This document shows, piece by piece, positions 8,072 through 16,589 of a DNA stretch of 64,000 bases. Source of the stretch: Bacilli bacterium (GTDB taxonomy: Bacteria; Bacillota_I; Bacilli_A; RFN20; CAG-826); contig JAGAYY010000025.1 in NCBI GenBank assembly GCA_017940265.1, positions 256,711 to 320,710 on the forward strand, written 5' to 3'. How positions within the stretch are numbered: position 1 is the stretch's first letter; each line of letters starts with the position of its first letter. The notes below the pieces were generated by a model, which made no database searches, was not told the origin of the DNA, and saw only the letters and a program-made list of their open reading frames with translations. The position numbers were made by a program, and so were the translations under genes.

Positions 8072-8471
8072 ATACTTCCTCCCAATCTACTTCAGGGTCA
8101 AAACCAAATTTATCATCTATTCCAATATTGAAGTAGAGCTTATCGGAGAAACACTGTAATTCCGTATTTTGTACCTCGGGATTTTCGTTTATCCAATCCA
8201 CCTTGATACCATCTACCTCCAGTCTCTCCTTGTATTTCATTAGCTGATCAGTGTAAGATGAGGACCATAGAATTATTCTTATCTCTTCTCTCCTCGACAT
8301 ATTCCTTAATGTATCGAGGGCTAACGGATAATACTCGTAGGTTTCTATCCTTTCATAGGATGGTCTGAATATAGTTCCATGTATATCAACCAAGACATAT
8401 ATCCTATCCCATCCTTTCTTGGCGGCTCTTTTATACGCTGCACTAAATGCATTCACCAGGTTCATACTCAA
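8049..8471 (-). CDS. hypothetical protein (possible HAD-like nucleotidase)
   Basis: 140 aa; YVLVDIHGTIF resembles a degenerate DxDxT motif I; weak. Confidence 0.55.
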   Translation of the reverse strand: MSMNLVNAFSAAYKRAAKKGWDRIYVLVDIHGTIFRPSYERIETYEYYPLALDTLRNMSRREEIRIILWSSSYTDQLMKYKERLEVDGIKVDWINENPEVQNTELQCFSDKLYFNIGIDDKFGFDPEVDWEEVYDFFKLP

Positions 8472-8682
8472 CTATTACTTTTGTTTTGATCTTACCTTTC
8501 TGTATGTATAAGTAATCAGATATCGACTGCGCTTCTCTATAACTACCATACTTAGCTGAATCATCTTTATTCGGGGTCCAAACAGGATCTTGACTATTAA
8601 CATTCATATCAAAACCTGCAAAATATATTTTTCTTTTTCCGAACTTTTTATTTCTAGGCTTCAACCGAATTATACAATCCAT
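8443..8682 (-). CDS. small basic-loop protein, minus-strand family copy M1
   Basis: CIIRLKPRNKKFGKRKIYF..VWTPNKDDSAKY..EA; same family as 2-2156. Confidence 0.6.
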   Translation of the reverse strand: MDCIIRLKPRNKKFGKRKIYFAGFDMNVNSQDPVWTPNKDDSAKYGSYREAQSISDYLYIQKGKIKTKVIVEYEPGECI

Positions 8683-8933
8683 GCTTCAACTCCCTTAGGA
8701 TATTCGATTATCTCTGGTCTCTTAACGCCATCAATCTTTGTTTGAAGTATTTCCAATGATCTAGAGACTTCTCCATGATTATCATATAACCTCATTTTCC
8801 TGGGATCTATAGTCCATCTAGCGGTAAAATTCAGGTTTAGTAAAAAGGGCCCATGAAAGTCTACCAAGTATATTACCTTAGACTTCTTTTTGTTTCCCAT
8901 CCGACTCCTTATGTACCAGATCTTTTTCTTCAT
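8670..8933 (-). CDS. small basic-loop protein, copy M2
   Basis: IWYIRSRMGNKKKSKVIYL..RWTIDPRKMRLY; 13-nt overlap with M1. Confidence 0.6.
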   Translation of the reverse strand: MKKKIWYIRSRMGNKKKSKVIYLVDFHGPFLLNLNFTARWTIDPRKMRLYDNHGEVSRSLEILQTKIDGVKRPEIIEYPKGVEAWIV

Positions 8934-9138
8934 ACGATGTTACAAAAGAGCCCTTAATCCCAAGAATTCCCATAAGTACCATAGTATCTAGGTGACCTTT
9001 AGCTATAACCAAAGAATCGAAAGTGATATTGGTAGTTCCTTGAAAAATAGGAATAAACTTACCACTATCTGGATCTCCCCATATACCATTAAAATATTGT
9101 ATCCTTCTCTTGTGCTTCCTAGCAATTACATATTTCAA
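8878..9138 (-). CDS. small basic-loop protein, copy M3 (divergent)
   Basis: YVIARKHKRRIQYF..; 56-nt overlap with M2. Confidence 0.5.
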   Translation of the reverse strand: MKYVIARKHKRRIQYFNGIWGDPDSGKFIPIFQGTTNITFDSLVIAKGHLDTMVLMGILGIKGSFVTSYEEKDLVHKESDGKQKEV

Positions 9139-9356
9139 CAGTAACGATCCTCCTCTATTTTGATGGGGTATAATCCGAAGATTCCAAGTTCACATATAAC
9201 ACCCAAGGATAGTCTATAATCAGGACATCTATACGCCTCTTGAAAGGAACTAGTCCACTTCACTACTGGTTCTGGACTCTTTAGGTAACGTTTCGATTTC
9301 TTTTTCTGATATCCGCTTCTTACGATTAACCAATTTAACATACAGCCATTTTCCAC
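9135..9356 (-). CDS. small basic-loop protein, copy M4
   Basis: WLIVRSGYQKKKSKRYL..KWTSSFQEAY; alternative start at 9341. Confidence 0.55.
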   Translation of the reverse strand: MENGCMLNWLIVRSGYQKKKSKRYLKSPEPVVKWTSSFQEAYRCPDYRLSLGVICELGIFGLYPIKIEEDRYC

Positions 9357-9456
9357 CAGTATAACCTAACCTAGCAAGATTAAGTTTATCGGTGATCCAA
9401 GAATAACACCAAAAAACTATTATTCCTGACAGAAAACCTACTAGAAACCAAATCAA
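9250..9456 (-). CDS. possible small membrane protein
   Basis: 68-aa ORF; N-terminal TM (IWFLVGFLSGIIVFWCY). Overlaps M4 by about 100 nt in another frame, so extent is doubtful. Confidence 0.35.
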   Translation of the reverse strand: MIWFLVGFLSGIIVFWCYSWITDKLNLARLGYTGGKWLYVKLVNRKKRISEKEIETLPKESRTSSEVD

Positions 9457-9821
9457 TGTTCTGCCTCAATTATATAGGGATAAAGACCAAACACCGGAAA
9501 AGAATATCCTCTAGTCTTTATCTTATAAGTTTTTCCTATCTCTAACGTACCAAATGCCTTAGAAGACATTAAACCAGATGGTGTTATCTCATAGGTTCCT
9601 TTATCTGTTCCTACCAGGTATTTGTAGGATAAGGATTTATTATCCTTACTACCTGTTAATTCTTGTTGAGCATTAACAGATATAACCTTAGCTAATACAA
9701 TATCCTCCTTAGTAAATTCAAGAATAGCAGAACAAATAATAGCTACCAGAAGTCCAAGTACTAATAATCCTTTAGTCGCTTTCATATTTTTCGAGTTCTT
9801 TATTAATTTCAGATAATCCAT
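9453..9821 (-). CDS. membrane-anchored hypothetical protein
   Basis: 122 aa; signal-anchor GLLVLGLLVAIICSAIL. Confidence 0.65.
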   Translation of the reverse strand: MDYLKLIKNSKNMKATKGLLVLGLLVAIICSAILEFTKEDIVLAKVISVNAQQELTGSKDNKSLSYKYLVGTDKGTYEITPSGLMSSKAFGTLEIGKTYKIKTRGYSFPVFGLYPYIIEAEH

Positions 9822-9884
9822 AATCTTCTGCAGCTCTTACACGACCGAGTTGTATAAGTCTGTGAATAATTCCACGTTTTTCTT

Positions 9885-10157
9885 TTAAGTGTTCGTATCT
9901 TGACATAATCCAATATTATAATGTTCTCTCAATAGGTCAAGCGTATCCTGAACATGGGTAGGTATACTGACTAGTGGTTTAAGGATTGGATCGATGTCGT
10001 CTATATGAACATCAACTACCTCTCCATCCTCACGTAGAACAGTTACATTATTTGTATGATATCCCAGTCCCATTAATACATAGGTTGAACCAAGAATTCT
10101 ATGTCTAACTTTTACTCTGAATGGAAGCAATAAAGCTAATAAATCTTTCTTACTCAT
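9885..10157 (-). CDS. hypothetical protein
   Basis: 90-aa ORF. Confidence 0.6.
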   Translation of the reverse strand: MSKKDLLALLLPFRVKVRHRILGSTYVLMGLGYHTNNVTVLREDGEVVDVHIDDIDPILKPLVSIPTHVQDTLDLLREHYNIGLCQDTNT

Positions 10158-10209
10158 TTAACATTTTTATCCATCTCTATTAATAAGGAAAAAGAAGGGA
10201 GAAAGAAAC

Positions 10210-10575
10210 CTAAACTTCTTCCTCTCCTTTCTGAATCCATTCTACTATAATTCCATCTCGTTCCGGACATCTATAATTACACTCATGACACTTGATTTCT
10301 CTAGTACAATTCTTTCGGTAAATACAGAAAACTTTTCCTCCTTCAAGCCTCTCTAACTCAAGACGCCGTTTTCTGAGTTTCTCCGCTGACCAGAAATACC
10401 ATATGACAGAGACTATTCCAAATAGATTAATCACACGGGTTAACCAAAAATTTGTTATTATTAGGCTACCGATAGAATACCCTAAGAAAATAACCTCGAA
10501 CGATGTAATAAATAGACGTTCTTGAAAAGCGAACTTAACTCCTGCTTCTAAGCTCTTCCACTTTTCCGAAAGCAT
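10210..10575 (-). CDS. membrane protein with C-terminal Cys cluster
   Basis: Two hydrophobic helices, then CIYRKNCTREIKCHECNYRCPE. Longest ORF starts at 10623; ATG 10575 reduces overlap. Confidence 0.5.
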   Translation of the reverse strand: MLSEKWKSLEAGVKFAFQERLFITSFEVIFLGYSIGSLIITNFWLTRVINLFGIVSVIWYFWSAEKLRKRRLELERLEGGKVFCIYRKNCTREIKCHECNYRCPERDGIIVEWIQKGEEEV

Positions 10576-10822
10576 TGATGAGCCATTCCTTAAGGGTTTT
10601 CTTGAATTCTCCGTTTGTATCATTGACTAAATCATACAGAAAACCGCTCGGAATATAAGCTATCTGTCTGAAAAAGCATCTTCCATCTGCCATCATCCTG
10701 TAGTCACCGTATAAGTCTCTTGGTTTCTTTTCCAGGAGGCCAAGAGTCTTCACACACAACATATGATCATAGCCTATTAAGGTAACCGATATACCACTAG
10801 TCCCTGTCATCTTAATTCTCAT
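10535..10822 (-). CDS. hypothetical protein
   Basis: 95-aa ORF. Confidence 0.5.
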   Translation of the reverse strand: MRIKMTGTSGISVTLIGYDHMLCVKTLGLLEKKPRDLYGDYRMMADGRCFFRQIAYIPSGFLYDLVNDTNGEFKKTLKEWLINAFGKVEELRSRS

Positions 10823-11310
10823 AGGTCATTAACATCTATGTAGTCAATACCATAGTTTTCCGCACACTTCAGATCAGAGTCAGAGAATTGGCCTGGTTTA
10901 CCTGAGGCATCACCAATCATTAACATCTCGGGTTTAGAAACTACAATTCCTAAGGTTGGTAGAATCTTAAGACAGGTATGATCCAACATCCCCGGGTTTG
11001 GTTTTCGATAAGGATCAGTCTTGGAGTTTCTTGGACAATATACCCATCGGACTGGAACCCCTAGGTACTCTTCGAAGGCTCTCACCAGGTACTCGATCTT
11101 GCCCTTAACCCAATTTTCATGATTAACTTTACCGATTGCTATACCTCCCTGATTTGTTACTATAACCAATACTTCAGGACTCATTTCCCTGATTTTATCC
11201 AAGACATCAAACTTAATTTTCATATCCCAAATACCCTTAGGGAATGAACTACCAGTGAGGGTATCTATCAAAGTACCGTCTAGGTCCGCAAATACAACTT
11301 TCTTTTTCAT
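10819..11310 (-). CDS. HAD-superfamily (subfamily IIIA-type) phosphatase, polynucleotide-3'-phosphatase/GmhB-like
   Basis: Motif I FADLDGTL, motif II VTNQGGI, Lys motif YRKPNPGML, motif IV IGDASG..DSD. Confidence 0.8.
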   Translation of the reverse strand: MKKKVVFADLDGTLIDTLTGSSFPKGIWDMKIKFDVLDKIREMSPEVLVIVTNQGGIAIGKVNHENWVKGKIEYLVRAFEEYLGVPVRWVYCPRNSKTDPYRKPNPGMLDHTCLKILPTLGIVVSKPEMLMIGDASGKPGQFSDSDLKCAENYGIDYIDVNDL

Positions 11311-11576
11311 CTTCTTAAAAATAATTTAATTAATGGGAGACTATCTTCCTGGATACCTAACTTATGTAACATATAAGCCTCCTGTTCAGCCATAAATAAT
11401 AACAATACTAAAAATACACTAGCCCAACATAGCAGATAAATAAATCCCATTTGTAATTTATCACTCAAGGTTGGACATTTCTCTTCAGTTCTTCCCATTA
11501 GCCTAACCATTAATACACAGAGCAGGCTAACTATTCCAGGCATTTCTAAATATTGAAACCACCAAGTTATTTCCAT
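11307..11576 (-). CDS. small membrane protein
   Basis: 89 aa, 2-3 hydrophobic helices. Confidence 0.5.
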   Translation of the reverse strand: MEITWWFQYLEMPGIVSLLCVLMVRLMGRTEEKCPTLSDKLQMGFIYLLCWASVFLVLLLFMAEQEAYMLHKLGIQEDSLPLIKLFLRR

Positions 11577-11845
11577 ACTATTTCTTTTCGTAGATAACCC
11601 TTTCCACTACAGACAGGACACGTATCGGAAAGTTCGATATCTTCCATCTTACATGTTAATTCATTCCTTATGCTCTCCACTCGATGATTAATTCTTCCGG
11701 TACCATAACAATTATCACACCTCTTCCGGATACCATCGAGTTCCTCTTCATAGGCTCGACAGGCTTCTTCGTTCCTGAATTCCTTACCGTCCTTAGCTAC
11801 ATAGATCGTTTCCTTGATTACCCTTTCTTTTTCGTAAGTCCGCAT
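11567..11845 (-). CDS. DnaJ-type zinc-finger protein
   Basis: Two CxxCxGxG units: CDNCYGTG and CPVCSGKG. Confidence 0.65.
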   Translation of the reverse strand: MRTYEKERVIKETIYVAKDGKEFRNEEACRAYEEELDGIRKRCDNCYGTGRINHRVESIRNELTCKMEDIELSDTCPVCSGKGYLRKEIVWK

Positions 11846-12065
11846 ATTTATTTCCTATATTAATAACTTTGACTAGGGCAGATGGGATTCTTATCCATTC
11901 ACTATCTCTTTTTGCTTCAACCACTTCTTCTCCATGTAATACACCAGGATAAGATCTAATGTCTGTTACTTCCCATAAATCACCTGGCTTGGTTGAAATT
12001 GAGAATCTAGACTTATTAGCTTCTATATACCTGAAGGCCTCGTGAGTTATGATCATTCCTCTCAT
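11793..12065 (-). CDS. hypothetical protein
   Basis: 90-aa ORF. Confidence 0.5.
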   Translation of the reverse strand: MRGMIITHEAFRYIEANKSRFSISTKPGDLWEVTDIRSYPGVLHGEEVVEAKRDSEWIRIPSALVKVINIGNKYADLRKRKGNQGNDLCS

Positions 12066-13054
12066 TGCCGTAACCTTCTAAGTAAATCCAGTACATCAAG
12101 TTCCGGATCCCTGACCAACAAAGATTCTAGGGTCATGGCATTAATAAATACCTGACCATTAATTTTCACCGTATCTCCGATGGTACAACCCTCTAAGCCC
12201 ATAATCGGATCTTCCTTCGGCTCTAGAGTATAAGAGTCTTGATCGATGTAAGGAATAGGACCGGTCGTTGTTTCATACCGATCGAGTTCCCGGGCTATAA
12301 CTTTGATTCTTTTATTCCCAGGTCCTAGAATCATATCACCTACCTGGAACCTAATGACGATCGGTTTTCCCTCGGCCGATAAATACCTACCATCCGACAA
12401 TAACCTCTCCATTAGTTTCTTTTTCTGAGTAGGGGAAGCAGGATACATAGGTTCTTCTTTTAAGTCATCGAAGCCATACAGTACCACATCCCCTCCGACC
12501 GTCTCCAAGATATCACCTTCTATCGGACTCCACTCCTCGAAATAGTCTTGAATTCCAGTTTCCCATGAATGTTTCTTCTGGGCCGTATCTTCCTCCGTTA
12601 TACACCCGGGAAATTCTGACAGATATATACCACCGGCTCTATACGGGAAAGAACCATTACTCATCTTCACGTCTTTGAGGCAACGATACCAATGACCTTT
12701 CTCTGGTATTTCCCGGATATCCTCTGAAAACCCGATGTGCTTACCAGAATCGAATACATACTCTTCTCCGGTAATTCCTATGAGAATTCCCTTGTCATAC
12801 TTCTTCCCGGGTTTGAGTTTCGGAGGTATGAAATCGGCCCATTCATTGGTGGACATAGGAAACAGAACACATTTCTTAAAACCACCAAGTCGACCTTCCT
12901 CATCCAGAATTATTTCCTTTCCATCCGGGTCTACCACAACGATTTTCCCATCTGAATTCACTTCTTTGTAGGTAACGGAACCATCAACCAACGGACACCT
13001 AAGACTAAATCCTGGTGTAGCTCCCTTAAGTATATCAATTATCTTTTTCTCCAT
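12062..13054 (-). CDS. hypothetical protein carrying the 'KDVxM..GC(I/L)T(E/D)ED' module
   Basis: 330 aa; WYRCLKDVKMSNGSFPYRAGGIYLSEFPGCITEED..HSW is shared with 27693-27932 and 27907-28455. Confidence 0.75.
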   Translation of the reverse strand: MEKKIIDILKGATPGFSLRCPLVDGSVTYKEVNSDGKIVVVDPDGKEIILDEEGRLGGFKKCVLFPMSTNEWADFIPPKLKPGKKYDKGILIGITGEEYVFDSGKHIGFSEDIREIPEKGHWYRCLKDVKMSNGSFPYRAGGIYLSEFPGCITEEDTAQKKHSWETGIQDYFEEWSPIEGDILETVGGDVVLYGFDDLKEEPMYPASPTQKKKLMERLLSDGRYLSAEGKPIVIRFQVGDMILGPGNKRIKVIARELDRYETTTGPIPYIDQDSYTLEPKEDPIMGLEGCTIGDTVKINGQVFINAMTLESLLVRDPELDVLDLLRRLRQ

Positions 13055-13427
13055 AACACCAACAACTAGCTGAATGAATAGTAGACGGATCCTCTGGATT
13101 ATACTTAGATACAGTAGTCAAATATTCATGACCTTGAATTGTATCTATGTATAATCTATAAGGTCTTGAATCCTCACCTACCTTATTGTACACCTTATAA
13201 TTTTTGACTCTAGGAGAAGGGTTACTATCACAAGACCCCAAGACTAAAGCCATCACGCAAACAGTCATTAACTTTTTCATAACTTTAATTGGAATTAATA
13301 TTAAGAGGATTACTACGAAACATACATATCCGTAGTCCTTTATCCCTGCCAAACACAATAAGCAACCTAATCCGAAGACCAGCCCAAGACAAACCAAGAG
13401 AGCTAACTCAACGGGATTGCTCTTCAT
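13035..13427 (-). CDS. membrane protein with internal lipoprotein-type signal (possible nested start at 13280)
   Basis: Two TM helices, then in-frame MKKLMTVCVMALVLGSC (lipobox). Longest ORF starts at 13469. Confidence 0.45.
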   Translation of the reverse strand: MKSNPVELALLVCLGLVFGLGCLLCLAGIKDYGYVCFVVILLILIPIKVMKKLMTVCVMALVLGSCDSNPSPRVKNYKVYNKVGEDSRPYRLYIDTIQGHEYLTTVSKYNPEDPSTIHSASCWCYGEKDN

Positions 13428-14406
13428 AATCTTGTCTCTTAATGAAATAATACACCGTACCCATTCCATAATCTACCTTGATCTCTGGTTTCAACATCCT
13501 AAGTCTTTTCTGTATCTCCTTCCTTTCCTTGGGCGCAGAAGATAAAAGTTTCCCTTGGAGTTCGGTATATTCTGGATTTTCTATAATGGTCTGGTGATGA
13601 TGAGAGGTCTTAACACCTAGAACCTCAACACCGACCCACTCTTCTTCAATCCGGATAGCCTTAGAGGAACTAGACCCAGAATCATAGAAACCTCTCCCGG
13701 TGGCATCTTTCCCTAGACAATAGGCATAATAGTTATAATAGTCTATAGTCCCACAACCATATACCGGGAATTTCTTGATGACCTGACCAACTCTAGCGAA
13801 TGCATCAAAGAAGTAGACAGGTTCACGATACTCAGGCTTATAATTCTGAGGCTCACACATATAAGTTCCACCTTTCCATGGTGTAACTCTAACTTGACCA
13901 AACTTAGGAATCCAGAGTCGTTGATTATATTGAATTCTCATCTTCCCAAATCCTTTCTTATTTGTACACCCAAGATCTAAGTCACGTTCTCTGATTATCC
14001 CGGAAGAATCAACCCAGAATGGTCTCTTCCCTCCATATGGCCGTAGTACCTGAGAATCTTCATCCATGGTACGATACGACGGGAGGTCCTTAACATGCTG
14101 ATCCCCGACGTCTAAGAACCGAGTATAGCCAAGGGAATCGATAGAGGGAAGATCTTTAGTTTTATGGTTATATTCCTTAATGAACTCGTCAATCCCTCGG
14201 CCAACAAATTTCCGAAGGAGACCTATCAAATATTTACGTTCAGGTTCAGTTCTCCCCAAGCGTTGACCTCCGGAAGTAGGACCGGATTTACTAACCCATC
14301 TTCTATGAATCCCAAGCCTAGTTCCCTCATACCGATCCATCTCATGTCGGTTGAACCTAAAGTCTTTCCATTTCTTAACTTTAATATTCCATTTCTTATT
14401 ACTCAT
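13408..14406 (-). CDS. hypothetical protein
   Basis: About 332 aa from ATG 14406 (MSNKKWNIKV..); no recognisable motif. Confidence 0.75.
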   Translation of the reverse strand: MSNKKWNIKVKKWKDFRFNRHEMDRYEGTRLGIHRRWVSKSGPTSGGQRLGRTEPERKYLIGLLRKFVGRGIDEFIKEYNHKTKDLPSIDSLGYTRFLDVGDQHVKDLPSYRTMDEDSQVLRPYGGKRPFWVDSSGIIRERDLDLGCTNKKGFGKMRIQYNQRLWIPKFGQVRVTPWKGGTYMCEPQNYKPEYREPVYFFDAFARVGQVIKKFPVYGCGTIDYYNYYAYCLGKDATGRGFYDSGSSSSKAIRIEEEWVGVEVLGVKTSHHHQTIIENPEYTELQGKLLSSAPKERKEIQKRLRMLKPEIKVDYGMGTVYYFIKRQDYEEQSR

Positions 14407-14546
14407 ATCAATTATAAGGAAATTACACATCTACTTCTTATATTCGAATCATTATAGAGCGGAATGTAAAATATCGGTCGCTCTTGTACTTTCGATTGTT
14501 AAGTTTCGCTGTGTAAATATTTAGTCATCCCTAATACATTTGCAAA

Positions 14547-16589
14547 TCATTTTCTTGATATTATTTCAAATCCATCTTTAACTCCAGAATCAGTAATTAC
14601 CTTAACTACTTTGAGATTAAAATAGTTTTCTAAATTTTTTGCCTTAGCGACTGATTTATACCCTAATTTTTCATAGATATCCTTTAGTGTAGATTTTATA
14701 TAAACATAAGAATATCTACTACCAACCTCAAAAGTAGAATACACAAGGTCCTCTAATTCTTCCTGCTTTTCTGAATTTTGACTTATTCTATTCCACTCTC
14801 GTTCTATATCAGCTTCTAGATATTTGAGCGCTTTCATCCGTTCTGTTCCGAAAGCTAGGTAATAATCCTTAAATTTACCAGGGAGTCTATCTAAGAACTT
14901 TCCCATATTCTCGGGATCAAGACTAACCTCTATATTATGTATAAACTTAATTTTATCTGGAAATGTCGTTAGTCCATTGAATTCCACTAATAAATCTGAT
15001 ATTCTACTATCCTGGGCTAGGAATCCAGCTTCTCCTAAGGCATTATACACACTGAATCTATCTTTATAATCTACTTGCTGGATATCGAAAGCTCTCATCT
15101 CCGATACCAACATTAGGTTATTAAATACCGGGAGAAGATCAGAACCCGCATGATGATTAACGGCAACATAGTCATTTAAGTAGTGAGATAACTTAATTTC
15201 ACTCTCGTATTTCTTAGCCAATGAATGTCTTTTAGTAGGGTCAGCATCTCTGTATATGTCTAAGAGGTCATAACTAGCTTGTTTTTTCTCTTCTAGGCGT
15301 TTATCAAAAACCTCCTTCGTCTGTTCCTCCTCTGTTGTTTTAACTACCAGATAAGCAGAATTCTTCCAAGGGTTAATATCGAGTCTTTGTCTACCCATAA
15401 TCTGTTCTAAGTCCATACTAATATCAACACTAAGACAATCTATATTACTATCACAGAAAATGAAAGTTCTAGCATTGGTACTATAGAAATCAGCACCGAG
15501 GTATACTGTTCTAGTACAAAAAGTAAACATCTTATGAGGTTCACCTTGTTTAGGAATAGAGCCAATAGCATCAATAGTCCCTGCCTTAGCCCTTTTCATT
15601 GACGGTCGGCCTAATTCGGAAAGAGCCTTATTGAATGCCTGCTTAATTAATTTATTATTTTCGAGAGTCTTAGCACATAGAACGTTACATTGATCTGGAG
15701 TTAATCTATTGTTGATGATAGCCCTAACAATAGCTTTAACTGAATTAACATATATAACTGCCTCCTTAGATACTACTTCATAGGGTCGGCCATCTTCTCC
15801 TATATATCTTCTCCTCTCATACTCCCCACTCAGGTATGGTTGGATTATTTTATTGATCTCTTCATTCAGTCCACGCTTAGTATATCTAACCTCAATCTTC
15901 GGACTAATAACTCGATCCGGATCTTCTTTACTCCAATTAAGTTCATAGTATGGAAGATTCTTAAATTCATCCAGCATATCTAAGTATTCATCTAACATAG
16001 GAGTAGCGGATACAAAGCAAACCTTCTGAATACCTAGGAGCTGATATAAGAGTTCAAGTTCTGTATGAGATTTGAAGCGTGAATCAATGAAGATGCTTTG
16101 AAACTCATCCACTACTATATAGAAATCTTCTAAGACTCCGAGTTCAACTAATACTTCCTTGATATGACGGAATGAATCATAGGTAACTAGAATCTTAGCA
16201 GCTTTTCTATTAAATCTGCATTTCCGGACATAATCTCTGGCTCTATCCTTAAACTCCAAGACTCTTTCAATACTTGGGACTGGTGGATCTACTATTTTTG
16301 CACCTTTAGTCATAGTACTAATATCCTTGTCATATCCAACAACGGATTCAATGTCATTTCTTGCATAGAATACTTCTCCTTGATGTTGATCCTCCTTATT
16401 CTCTAAGAGAAACCGGCGGGGACTACATACGACAACATTAAGTCCGCACCTGATACAATACTCTGTGAAACCGCAACCAGTCAGTGTCTTGTTCAAAATA
16501 TGAGGAGAGTTAAAGTTTTCTAATCCATATTCACTCCACTCTCCTATGTACCTTATTCCTTTTGGTACTACAATCTCTTTTCTATTCAT
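14547..16589 (-). CDS. SF2 helicase-like protein, paralog 1 (Walker A Lys replaced)
   Basis: Motif order GCGFTEY (I, no Lys), CSPRRFLLEN (Ia), VVDEFQS (II), VSATP (III), QIMGRQR (VI). The 718-aa track ORF uses a TTG at 16703. The ATG at 16589 matches the paralog N-terminus, and the 16590-16703 stretch is conserved as DNA with a stop-containing stretch upstream of paralog 2. Confidence 0.8.
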   Translation of the reverse strand: MNRKEIVVPKGIRYIGEWSEYGLENFNSPHILNKTLTGCGFTEYCIRCGLNVVVCSPRRFLLENKEDQHQGEVFYARNDIESVVGYDKDISTMTKGAKIVDPPVPSIERVLEFKDRARDYVRKCRFNRKAAKILVTYDSFRHIKEVLVELGVLEDFYIVVDEFQSIFIDSRFKSHTELELLYQLLGIQKVCFVSATPMLDEYLDMLDEFKNLPYYELNWSKEDPDRVISPKIEVRYTKRGLNEEINKIIQPYLSGEYERRRYIGEDGRPYEVVSKEAVIYVNSVKAIVRAIINNRLTPDQCNVLCAKTLENNKLIKQAFNKALSELGRPSMKRAKAGTIDAIGSIPKQGEPHKMFTFCTRTVYLGADFYSTNARTFIFCDSNIDCLSVDISMDLEQIMGRQRLDINPWKNSAYLVVKTTEEEQTKEVFDKRLEEKKQASYDLLDIYRDADPTKRHSLAKKYESEIKLSHYLNDYVAVNHHAGSDLLPVFNNLMLVSEMRAFDIQQVDYKDRFSVYNALGEAGFLAQDSRISDLLVEFNGLTTFPDKIKFIHNIEVSLDPENMGKFLDRLPGKFKDYYLAFGTERMKALKYLEADIEREWNRISQNSEKQEELEDLVYSTFEVGSRYSYVYIKSTLKDIYEKLGYKSVAKAKNLENYFNLKVVKVITDSGVKDGFEIISRK

